Under the pieces are notes generated by a model. The model did not search any database. It saw only the letters and a program-made list of their open reading frames with translations, and was not told the DNA's origin. A stretch of DNA of 64,000 nt. It comes from Nitrososphaerota archaeon (GTDB lineage Archaea > Thermoproteota > Nitrososphaeria_A > Caldarchaeales > Calditenuaceae). Where the stretch lies: the NCBI GenBank assembly GCA_038845265.1, contig JAWBQR010000003.1:32001-96000 (forward strand), read 5' to 3'. The position numbers were made by a program, and so were the translations under genes. Positions 40,114 to 48,172 of the stretch are shown here, piece by piece; position 1 is the stretch's first letter; each line of letters starts with the position of its first letter.

Positions 40114-41520
40114 TTAAGCAGAATCTCCTTTATCGGCCTCTATTATCTTTTCAGGATCATCTCTTACAGGCAGATATATCTTCTCAAAGAAATCCTTCTG
40201 ACTCTCAATCATCGATCTGGGAAAACTCTGTAAATATTTAATCGCTTTTTCCCAGTATTTCTCGAATGCTTTTTCGCTTCCAAACCTGCTGGCTATCTGT
40301 CTGTCAAAATCCTCTGGACGCTGTTCTTCGCCCCCAATAGTGTACCAACCACCAATTCTTCTATAGACTGTCTCATCTCCGACTACTTCCTCGACCTCGT
40401 TTTTCTCAACAGCTTCGGTCTTGACTATCGGCCTAGTTGTTCGCATCCTATGAGTAGGTCTAACTCCTCTCTTCTTTGCCCATGCATAGAAAATAGCCCT
40501 GTTCAGCCCAAACGATTTCGCCGACTCAAGATCGCCCTTAATCAAGTAGTATCTAGCGGCCTGTAAAAGCGCCATAACTTGAAATCTCCCTATCTTTGGC
40601 CTCGAGAAAGAATCATTTTCCGAGCGCGGCCTAGCCATCAATGGCTCCTCGCGACTTATTTCTGTTCTTTCCAGCTCGTATATATTAATTGAGCCGAGCG
40701 CCTCGCTAACTAATTTGTCAGCCTCTCCCTGAATGTATCTGTCCCAGTTCTTCCAGTATCTGTAATTTTCGATTCTCGCCCAATCGATGCTGAATGACTC
40801 TAGGTCCTCTGGACTAATGGTGACTGCGACTATGTCTAGTTCTCGATGGATGCTCAGGGGAGCAGTAAATACTCTCTGCACATCCATTAAGTTCTCAATC
40901 TTCAGCCTCCTATCCATTGCCTTTGACCTATTACATATCTCGCTCAACCTCTCTCTACATCTTCTCAACACGTACTCGACGACTACGTGTCCCACTCTAA
41001 CTGGGTCCTTCGTCCAGTAGGCCTCGCTGACCGCCTTCTCATTAATATGTAAATGTATTCCCCTCCCAGACCATACAAGATAGACCGATTCTGATAATCC
41101 ATTACTGCTCATCTCCTCAATGATCGTCCTTGCCGCTTCTATCGCCAACTCCACTTCTCCTAATGAGCAGTCAATATCTATGCTCGGAGTAACCATCGAA
41201 ATATTCTCCAGCCTGGCTACGTCATCCTTATCCTTAAGTTCTCTATACAGATTAGCAGAAGCATAAATCGTCCTTAGAACCCTCCGGCCAAGCCTCATAA
41301 CTATCTTTTTAATATCTCCCGGCTCCCTAATCGTGATTGGCTTCTCATCAAAATACCTATAGAACGTCCTCCTGCCGCCTCTCGACGTGCCCTCCACAGC
41401 AACCCATCTATCCCTACAAAACCTAGAAATCTCATCCTGAACATCCTCCCGGAGATAATGCCTCAAAACACGATCATCAAGACTCAAAACCTGCTCCAAA
41501 AAAACCCACACAAAAACCAT
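40114..41520 (-). CDS. Archaeo-eukaryotic primase (AEP)-superfamily protein fused to an uncharacterised C-terminal domain
   Basis: AEP motif I IDID, motif II WSGRGIHLH, motif III D..RVFTAPLSIH; C-terminal block GRFQVMALLQAARYY...GLNRAIFYAWAK. Confidence 0.65.
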   Translation of the reverse strand: MVFVWVFLEQVLSLDDRVLRHYLREDVQDEISRFCRDRWVAVEGTSRGGRRTFYRYFDEKPITIREPGDIKKIVMRLGRRVLRTIYASANLYRELKDKDDVARLENISMVTPSIDIDCSLGEVELAIEAARTIIEEMSSNGLSESVYLVWSGRGIHLHINEKAVSEAYWTKDPVRVGHVVVEYVLRRCRERLSEICNRSKAMDRRLKIENLMDVQRVFTAPLSIHRELDIVAVTISPEDLESFSIDWARIENYRYWKNWDRYIQGEADKLVSEALGSINIYELERTEISREEPLMARPRSENDSFSRPKIGRFQVMALLQAARYYLIKGDLESAKSFGLNRAIFYAWAKKRGVRPTHRMRTTRPIVKTEAVEKNEVEEVVGDETVYRRIGGWYTIGGEEQRPEDFDRQIASRFGSEKAFEKYWEKAIKYLQSFPRSMIESQKDFFEKIYLPVRDDPEKIIEADKGDSA

Positions 41521-41570
41521 ATTTATTCATTTAAAGAATCTAAGCGATGAACAATTTCTAAGAGCTATCA

Positions 41571-42401
41571 TTATGCTTGTCTGCTTATTTGGCGGGTTAG
41601 TGTTTTGTATCCCCATGTGACGAGTATGGTTATTGCGGTGGCGGCGTTGAGGATTAGTAGGTATAGTCCGCCCAGAGTGGTCTCGAGTGTCGGGATTATT
41701 AGGAATGATAGGTTGTTCATTGCGTGGAGTATCATGACTGCGAGTATACTGCGTCCCGTGTTGTTGTATATCCATGTGAATAGAATTGTTCCGCAGATTA
41801 TTAGTGTCATGAAGCCCCATAGAGGGGTTTGGGACTGGATTGTTCCGGAGATGTAGAAGAGTGGTAGGTGCCAGGCTCCCCATATGACTCCGAGAATCAG
41901 GCTTGAGACGAGTGCGTTCCATCTTGACTGTAGTCTATCGAGTGCATAGCCTCTCCAGCCCCACTCCTCCTGAAACGGTCCGCCAAGAAAAAATATGTAG
42001 AGAAAGGCAATCAATATAAATAATGGATTCGACAGCATAGACAACTCTGGCATAGATTCGCCGCTGATCGCTGCCAATATTAGGGCACCCCCATTCATGG
42101 CTGGGAATAGAAGGAAGATGGGGACAAGCCATATTTTCCCGAACCTGTAGTTTATCCCTCTTCTAAGCAGGTCCTTCACACCGTCGCTTCCTTCATATAA
42201 ATAAGTCAAGGAGAAGGCTGATACAAGTGGGCCAAAAGCAGCCGGATTGAAGGGGCTGAATAGGAAATCGACGAGTGTTACGGGAGCAGATAGTAGTCCC
42301 GCTGAAATTAAGGCCTGAGGAACCCAAAAAATCCAAGAAAATGCAAAGGCGACCGAGAAGTATAGCCATAAATTACCTCTACGAGAATCAAGATGTGTCA
42401 C
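41571..42401 (-). CDS. CPBP/Abi (CAAX protease-like) intramembrane metalloprotease
   Basis: EEWGWRGY, WGAWHLPLF, YNNTGRSI...HAMNN. Confidence 0.92.
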   Translation of the reverse strand: MTHLDSRRGNLWLYFSVAFAFSWIFWVPQALISAGLLSAPVTLVDFLFSPFNPAAFGPLVSAFSLTYLYEGSDGVKDLLRRGINYRFGKIWLVPIFLLFPAMNGGALILAAISGESMPELSMLSNPLFILIAFLYIFFLGGPFQEEWGWRGYALDRLQSRWNALVSSLILGVIWGAWHLPLFYISGTIQSQTPLWGFMTLIICGTILFTWIYNNTGRSILAVMILHAMNNLSFLIIPTLETTLGGLYLLILNAATAITILVTWGYKTLTRQISRQA

Positions 42402-42584
42402 TCTTAGGCACTCCTGCTTGATTCATACTTCTTTTGGCTATAAATGTTTTGCATATCTAAAAGAGATTAAGCGAGACCGTGGCGTATGCATTAATTAATC
42501 CTATTTAAGCTGGGCTGCTATCATTTTCCAAATTCTCTGCATTTCTGGAGTTCTCTCTGCGATAACCCCTTTCGTAGAATTTAG

Positions 42585-42669
42585 TGCGGGGGGTGGGATT
42601 TGAACCCACGAACCCCTGCGGGACAGGAGCCTCAGTCCTGCGCCTTTGACCAGGCTTGGCGACCCCCGC
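42585..42669 (-). tRNA. tRNA-Leu(GAG)
   Basis: Reverse complement GCGGGGGTCGCCAAGCCTGGTCAAAGGCGCAGGACTGAGGCTCCTGTCCCGCAGGGGTTCGTGGGTTCAAATCCCACCCCCCGCA; arm CAGGA-CT-GAG-GC-TCCTG; long variable arm. Confidence 0.95.
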
Positions 42670-42717
42670 GTCTGTTTTGTCTTCCCCGTTTTTCAATTTT
42701 TTATGCTCTATACTTAA

Positions 42718-43428
42718 ATGTTATCCTTGTTGGGGTTTAATAGGGAGTATTTGGTGCGGAAGTTTATTTTTTGGCTGAGCATTGCGTTGGTTATTGTCTT
42801 CTTAGTGTTTTTTGGGATGTGGATGGATTTTAACGAGGCTCAGAGCTCTATCTTGAGATGGATGAGGAGTGATCAAGGACTGCTTGATGGATTGTTCTGG
42901 ATTGCTGATAATACTGGTAGCGACGTGGTGATTATTGCTTGGTGGGACTACGGGGTGGGAATAGAGGAGATAAGTCATAGAAGAGTAGTGATTAGTGAGG
43001 CCTCTAGGGAGATTAAGTGGACGATTGCTGGAATGAGGAAATATCCATGGAGTTGGATAGAGTATGAGTTGTGGTATCCATTCGAGTCTGATGAGAGGGT
43101 AAGAGACGTGGGCAGATTCTTTAGTGCGGAAGACGCATCAGAGGCCATAGAGATAGCGAGGAAATACGGCTCTGAATATGTCTTCGTCGTCTATCCAGAC
43201 GATATAATGAAATTTTACGCAATGGTTATGGCAGCCGGCAAGCAGCCAAGTGAATATCTCGGAGAGTCTAAGGCAGATACAGAGGAAGAAATGATCAGGG
43301 AGATAGAGAGCCGCGAGATAATAAAAAAGGAGACCATCGGTATAAGACTGATATATGGAGACGATACGGAGGGCTTCGAGAAAGTATTTGATAATGGCAG
43401 AGTTAAAATATACAAGATAATAGAATAA
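42718..43428 (+). CDS. Single-TM protein homologous to the AglB/STT3 oligosaccharyltransferase C-terminal domain
   Basis: N-terminal TM, then LFWIADNT...VIIAWWDYG, DK-like motif DDIMKFYAM, FEKVFDNGRVKIYKI. Confidence 0.7.
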   Translation: MLSLLGFNREYLVRKFIFWLSIALVIVFLVFFGMWMDFNEAQSSILRWMRSDQGLLDGLFWIADNTGSDVVIIAWWDYGVGIEEISHRRVVISEASREIKWTIAGMRKYPWSWIEYELWYPFESDERVRDVGRFFSAEDASEAIEIARKYGSEYVFVVYPDDIMKFYAMVMAAGKQPSEYLGESKADTEEEMIREIESREIIKKETIGIRLIYGDDTEGFEKVFDNGRVKIYKIIE

Positions 43429-43434
43429 GAATGG

Positions 43435-44064
43435 CTACTCGATTATGAATCTTTTTGGTTTGGGTATGAGGAAACTGGGCATTTTTTCCTCGAATTTCTT
43501 TATCTCGTCATCATATAGTGAGAGCGTGATTGATATGTCATCCAGACCCTTAACCAAGCGCTCCTTTATGTGCTGTTCAATCTCGAATCTAATTGATTCG
43601 CCTGTCGAGGTTGTTATCGTCTGTTCGGATAGATTAATGGTGAGGTAGAGCCTGCCCCCACGCGCCAGCTCTCTAAGGTTCCTAACCTTCTCTTGAGGCA
43701 GCCTAATGCATAGTAGCCCATTCTTAGAGGCATTGACGTAGAAGATGTCTCCGAACGATGAGGCGATTATGCTCTTGATTCCGAAATCCATGAGCGCCCA
43801 GACCGCGTTCTCCCTAGAGGACCCGATGCCGAAGTTCTTTCCAGCTATCAATATGGATGCGTCCCTGAATTCTGGCTCATCGAGGATAAAGCCGGGCTTC
43901 TTCGAGCCATCTTCATTATACCTCCATCTATAGAAGAGATACTTACCTAGCCCTTTCTTCTCTATTATCTTGAGGAACTCGGCTGGAATTATTTGGTCAG
44001 TATCGACGTCGTCAGCCTCTAATGGTGCAGCCTTTCCATGAATTACTCTTATTGGTTCGGGCAC
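43435..44064 (-). CDS. leuD: 3-isopropylmalate dehydratase small subunit
   Basis: DVDTDQIIPA, NFGIGSSRE, SFGDIFY.N..KNG, GLDDI; GTG 44064 preceded by GGAGGTGA RBS. Confidence 0.93.
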   Translation of the reverse strand: MPEPIRVIHGKAAPLEADDVDTDQIIPAEFLKIIEKKGLGKYLFYRWRYNEDGSKKPGFILDEPEFRDASILIAGKNFGIGSSRENAVWALMDFGIKSIIASSFGDIFYVNASKNGLLCIRLPQEKVRNLRELARGGRLYLTINLSEQTITTSTGESIRFEIEQHIKERLVKGLDDISITLSLYDDEIKKFEEKMPSFLIPKPKRFIIE

Positions 44065-44071
44065 TGGTATT

Positions 44072-45526
44072 TCACCTCCACGGCTCCTCCAGCCTTGCGT
44101 TATGCTCGATCTCGCATAGGTCTGCCGGCTCAATCTCTCGAACATCGATGAATCTCCCCTCTATTGCCGCTGCAGCGGCCATTGCCGGGCTGACTAGGTG
44201 GGTCCGCCCACCTGGGCCCTGTCGGTTCTCGAAGTTTCGGTTCGAGGTGCTGGCGCACCGCTCGCCAGGCCTGAGCCTGTCGGGATTCATGGCGATGCAC
44301 ATCGAGCAGCCGGGATACCGCCATTCGAATCCTGCCTCGATGAAGATTCTGTGGAGCCCAATCCTCTCCGCCCTCCTCTTTATCAGCATGGAGCCCGGCA
44401 CGACCATCGCCCTGACGCCCTGCTTAACCCTTCTGCCCTTCACGATCCTCGCGGCATCGATTAGGTCTGAGAGCCTCGCGTTAGTGCATGAGCCTATGAA
44501 TACGACGTCTATCGGTATCTCGGTTATCTTCGTTCCGGGCCTGAGCCCCATGTAGCTCAGCGCCCTCTCGACCAGCAGTCTCTGAGCCCTGTCCTCATAA
44601 TCTTCCGGCGAGGGAACCTCGCCCGTGATGCCTGTAGTCATTGCTGGATTTATCCCCCAGCTAACCTGCGGCTCGATTCTCGAGGCATCAAAGACATACC
44701 TGGCGTCGTATTCGGCGGATGAATCTGTCTTAAGACTTGACCAGTACTTGACTGCTTCTTCCCATTCTTCTCCGTCTGGCGCGTATGGAGCTCCCCTGAG
44801 GTATCTGAAGACTTTCTCGTCTGGCTCGATGATTGCTGTCCTTGCTCCGCCCTCTATCGACATGTTGCAGAGCGTCATCCTGGACTCGACTGATAGCCTC
44901 CTAGTGAGTTCTCCTGTGAATTCTACTACGTGTCCAATCATGCCTCCTGTTCCTAGGTGTTTGATTACGTAGAGGATTACGTCCTTTGCTGAGACTCCTC
45001 TCTGTAGGTTTCCCTCGAGTCTAATCTCCATCTTCTTCGGCCTCTTCAGCCAGATTGTCTGCGTCGCGAAGACGTGTTCTCCCTCGCTCGTGCCTATTCC
45101 GAATGCAAGCGCCCCAAGCGCTCCATGCGTGCTTGTGTGGCTATCTCCGCATACCAGCGTTATTCCTGGAAGCGTCAGTCCCAGCTCCGGACCTATGACG
45201 TGTACGATTCCCTGCCATGGGCTGTGGTAGTCAAAGAGCGTTATGCCGTGCTCAGCTGCGTTTCTAGCGAGGGCCCTCATCTGCGCCGCTGAGAGCTCGT
45301 CAGTCACTGGGTGTGACCTATCAGTAGTGGGGACGTTGTGGTCCATCACGGCGAAGGTCAGGTCCGGCCTCCTTACTTTTCTCGACTTTTCTCTAAGTTC
45401 CTCGAAGGCTACTGGCGAGGTCACTTCATGTGTCAGGTGTCTATCAATGTAGAGTAATGCTTGTCCATCTTCCCTCTCCGCGATTACGTGTCCCTCCCAG
45501 ATCTTCTCAAATATGGTCTTAGCCAT
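44072..45526 (-). CDS. leuC: 3-isopropylmalate dehydratase large subunit (long, bacterial-like type)
   Basis: HEVTSP, CGDSHTSTHGA, IGSCTNARL, GCSMCIAMN, STSNRNFENRQG. Confidence 0.95.
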   Translation of the reverse strand: MAKTIFEKIWEGHVIAEREDGQALLYIDRHLTHEVTSPVAFEELREKSRKVRRPDLTFAVMDHNVPTTDRSHPVTDELSAAQMRALARNAAEHGITLFDYHSPWQGIVHVIGPELGLTLPGITLVCGDSHTSTHGALGALAFGIGTSEGEHVFATQTIWLKRPKKMEIRLEGNLQRGVSAKDVILYVIKHLGTGGMIGHVVEFTGELTRRLSVESRMTLCNMSIEGGARTAIIEPDEKVFRYLRGAPYAPDGEEWEEAVKYWSSLKTDSSAEYDARYVFDASRIEPQVSWGINPAMTTGITGEVPSPEDYEDRAQRLLVERALSYMGLRPGTKITEIPIDVVFIGSCTNARLSDLIDAARIVKGRRVKQGVRAMVVPGSMLIKRRAERIGLHRIFIEAGFEWRYPGCSMCIAMNPDRLRPGERCASTSNRNFENRQGPGGRTHLVSPAMAAAAAIEGRFIDVREIEPADLCEIEHNARLEEPWR

Positions 45527-45594
45527 GGACAGACCACCAAGGCTTCTCTCCTAAATATAAATCAGTCATTGCCTCGAACCTCTCTGTCAATGCT

Positions 45595-45741
45595 TTAACT
45601 CGATGCGTAGCGCTTGGGGTCTTTCTCGAATATTTCCTTGCATGCGGCTGAGCAGAAGTAGTATTTTCTGTGCTGGTAGTCCGAGACATATTTTGCTGTC
45701 TTCTCATTTACCAACATGCCGCAGACTGGGTCCCTAGCCAT
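45595..45741 (-). CDS. YHS/TRASH-domain small metal-binding protein (48 aa)
   Basis: Hand translation MARDPVCGMLVNEKTAKYVSDYQHRKYYFCSAACKEIFEKDPKRYASS*; canonical DPVCGM...YYFCSxxC...F..DP..Y. Not in the ORF track. Confidence 0.9.
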   Translation of the reverse strand: MARDPVCGMLVNEKTAKYVSDYQHRKYYFCSAACKEIFEKDPKRYASS

Positions 45742-45782
45742 GCCTAGGGGCATCCCCGCATCGTTTATTAAGGATTAATTAT

Positions 45783-46388
45783 TTACGTCTTTCTGTTGGC
45801 TGGCTCAAGCTTCTCGGCCAGCCTAGTCAGTATCTCCCTTATCTTTCTGAGCTCCGTCAGAGTCTCTTCTGGCTGTCCGAACAATGGCCTCGTCCGCACC
45901 CTGCTCAGTATCTTCTCCCTGAGTTCCTCCGGGTTGGTGACGTGGATTAGGCTGGCTTCTGCTCTTCTTGTCCCCGGCCCTGAGGTGCCTCCTGCCTGGC
46001 CGGTGTAGCCCGCGGTATGGACATCGACGGTTGCGTGTCCAAGCTTTCTCGAGATTGGCCCTTGTATTATGTCGACTGACATTACCCTAGAGTATGGGAC
46101 TGTATGCTTCATCTTCCACCAGACTCCACGCTTGACGACGATCTCGTCACTAGTTAGCTCGTATATAATCGAGTCATAGTATTTTGGCGCCCAGTAGGCG
46201 ACGAAGACTGCGGCGACCAATGATGGCAGAAAGAAGATTATTGCTGGGATAAATGCGAGTTCCGGTGCCTCTATCTGGACTAGCCATGTAACGATTATTC
46301 CTGCCACTAGTATCGGTGCTAGGACTATTGAGAGATAGATGTAGTACAGCGTCACCATCCTTCTGCTCGGCTTAAAAGTCTCGGACAA
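45783..46388 (-). CDS. Membrane protein with bacterial PH domain (YdbS/bPH_2-like)
   Basis: Two TMs, then YELTSDEIVVKRGVWW...VPYSRV..VDIIQGPI.R.LG.ATV.VHTAG. Confidence 0.85.
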   Translation of the reverse strand: MSETFKPSRRMVTLYYIYLSIVLAPILVAGIIVTWLVQIEAPELAFIPAIIFFLPSLVAAVFVAYWAPKYYDSIIYELTSDEIVVKRGVWWKMKHTVPYSRVMSVDIIQGPISRKLGHATVDVHTAGYTGQAGGTSGPGTRRAEASLIHVTNPEELREKILSRVRTRPLFGQPEETLTELRKIREILTRLAEKLEPANRKT

Positions 46389-46526
46389 CTACCCTACACC
46401 GAGTGTCAATGGTTCATCTTGCTTATCTACGTTGCTTTTTATCTAGTTTTATTATGCTGTTTTGATGAAAATTTACATAAACATGCAAGTATTGATTTAT
46501 TTACTGGGACAACTCGGGGTTTTTAC

Positions 46527-46739
46527 GTGAGTCTTCCATTACCATATCCTCAGTTCTTCCAGCTGATAATCGTCATTGATGGCTTGTTGACTTTGGGGTT
46601 TTATTTGTGGCTTAGGAGGCTGAGTAGGAGTAGTAGTTACTATGGGTTTGTTAGGGGAATGACGTTCTTCATGGCCGTCGTCTTGGTGGGCCTCGTCATC
46701 TCATACGTGGCCCAGGCAACATTCATGGGGTGGTTTTAG
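46527..46739 (+). CDS. Small two-TM membrane protein heading the ECF operon
   Basis: GTG 46527 in frame with ORF 46419-46739; two hydrophobic helices; stop 1 bp before the S-component start. Confidence 0.55.
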   Translation: MSLPLPYPQFFQLIIVIDGLLTLGFYLWLRRLSRSSSYYGFVRGMTFFMAVVLVGLVISYVAQATFMGWF

Positions 46740-46740
46740 G

Positions 46741-47331
46741 ATGAGCGAGGTCGCGACAGAGGCAAGTGTAAAGATGAGGCTCGCAGTCATCTCTGGACTA
46801 TTCGGAGGTGTCTGCGCAACTGCCGCCCTATTCTCGATAATAATTATTCCGCTGCCGGGTATTCCTGGAGGATCTGGGTTCTGGATACCAGCCGCTCTGT
46901 ACTTTGCCTTGACGCTGTGGTTCGGCGTGTATGGGGCATTAGCTGGGCATATAGGCACCTTCATTGGGATGGGACCATTCTTCGGCTGGACCTTCCAGGT
47001 CTGGGCAGACGGGGCTCTCGGAGACTTTATCGCTCCGCTTATCTGCAGGGCATTCTTCCTGGCGTTCAAGGCAGACCCAGAGCTAAAGACGAGGAAGGAC
47101 TATGCCGTGTGGCTAATCTCAGTCCCAATAGCGACATGCCTGGCCGCTATGTGGATACACTTCGTTAACTACTCATTCGGCACTATTACCTTTGGGGCAT
47201 GGGTCTGGGGAGTCATTGCATACACGATTGGTGATTCGCTCGCAGTATTTACGCTCGGCACCGTGCTGCTCAAAGTCGCCTCCAAATGGGTGAAGACAAG
47301 TCCATTCTACGTTAAGGGCCGCCTCCTATAG
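46741..47331 (+). CDS. Putative ECF transporter S (substrate-binding) component
   Basis: About 196 aa, about 6 TMs, LWFGVYGALAGHIGTFIG pattern, directly upstream of EcfT and EcfA. Confidence 0.65.
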   Translation: MSEVATEASVKMRLAVISGLFGGVCATAALFSIIIIPLPGIPGGSGFWIPAALYFALTLWFGVYGALAGHIGTFIGMGPFFGWTFQVWADGALGDFIAPLICRAFFLAFKADPELKTRKDYAVWLISVPIATCLAAMWIHFVNYSFGTITFGAWVWGVIAYTIGDSLAVFTLGTVLLKVASKWVKTSPFYVKGRLL

Positions 47332-47340
47332 TGCTCAAAA

Positions 47341-48162
47341 ATGAGTCAAAAAACTTTTTTTACATATGTTACTAGTGAGTCACCCCTAGTCAGGATTCAT
47401 CCTCTTCCCAAAGTGGCGCTCCTACTCTCGATCAATCTTGTAGCCTTAATAATTGAGGCGCCCATTCCCTTCATCGCGTTAATAACACTCTTGGCATTAA
47501 GCTTCAGAATTATGCGTGTCCCCCTCATTGGACTAAAGAAATTCGTAGTTGTAGTCATCATTGCGAGCCAGGCAGTCCTGATTTCGTATCTCCTCGGCAG
47601 CTCCATTCCTGGCAACCATATTTACATCACGTATCCATGGGGTACGTACGTCTCAGAGATGACGCTTCTCTACGCCTCCGCGATGATTATGCGATACACA
47701 ACTATGCTACTTGGCTCGACACTAGTATTAGCGACGACTAGTGATAGAGACATTGTTTACGGCGCAGCGGCGCTCAAGCTTCCCTACACGTTGGGACTAA
47801 TGATGAGCCTCGCTTTCAGGACCGCTACAATATTTGCAGAAGACTTCATGAAGGTCAGAGACGCGATGATTCTTAGAGGAGCGAGCTTTCACGAAGGCCC
47901 GTTACTACAGAGGGCGAAGAAATACGCAAACGTCTTTACCTCAATGATAGTTATAGCGCTTAGAAGACTGATGGAAGTATCATATGCAATTCAGGCAAAG
48001 GGATTCGGGGCAGCACCTAAGAGAACCTTCTATAGAGAATACAGCCTCAGAATCAGAGACATAGTAATTACTGCACTGCTAGTAGCGACAATCCCCTCGG
48101 CATATATCTTAAGATACTATTTAGGCATCTTCGCATTTCCGGGATGGATTCCTCAAATCTAG
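47341..48162 (+). CDS. ecfT: ECF transporter transmembrane T component
   Basis: IHPLPK, DAMILRG and AIQAKGF (XRX-type) motifs. Confidence 0.88.
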   Translation: MSQKTFFTYVTSESPLVRIHPLPKVALLLSINLVALIIEAPIPFIALITLLALSFRIMRVPLIGLKKFVVVVIIASQAVLISYLLGSSIPGNHIYITYPWGTYVSEMTLLYASAMIMRYTTMLLGSTLVLATTSDRDIVYGAAALKLPYTLGLMMSLAFRTATIFAEDFMKVRDAMILRGASFHEGPLLQRAKKYANVFTSMIVIALRRLMEVSYAIQAKGFGAAPKRTFYREYSLRIRDIVITALLVATIPSAYILRYYLGIFAFPGWIPQI

Positions 48163-48172
48163 GAGATGAGAT

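Noticed and set aside
42505-42696. 63-aa ORF
   Set aside because: It runs through tRNA-Leu; no protein features.
36340-43428. Integrated element or provirus around the three clustered tRNAs
   Set aside because: No integrase, no duplicated tRNA end (att site) seen, no viral genes, and core coaBC lies inside.
45519-45707. 62-aa minus-strand ORF
   Set aside because: A different frame in the same region encodes a clear YHS protein (45595-45741).
45725-45762. GC-rich hairpin CCCTAG...CTAGGG upstream of leuC, considered as attenuator or ncRNA
   Set aside because: It overlaps the YHS start, and no Leu-rich leader peptide is present.
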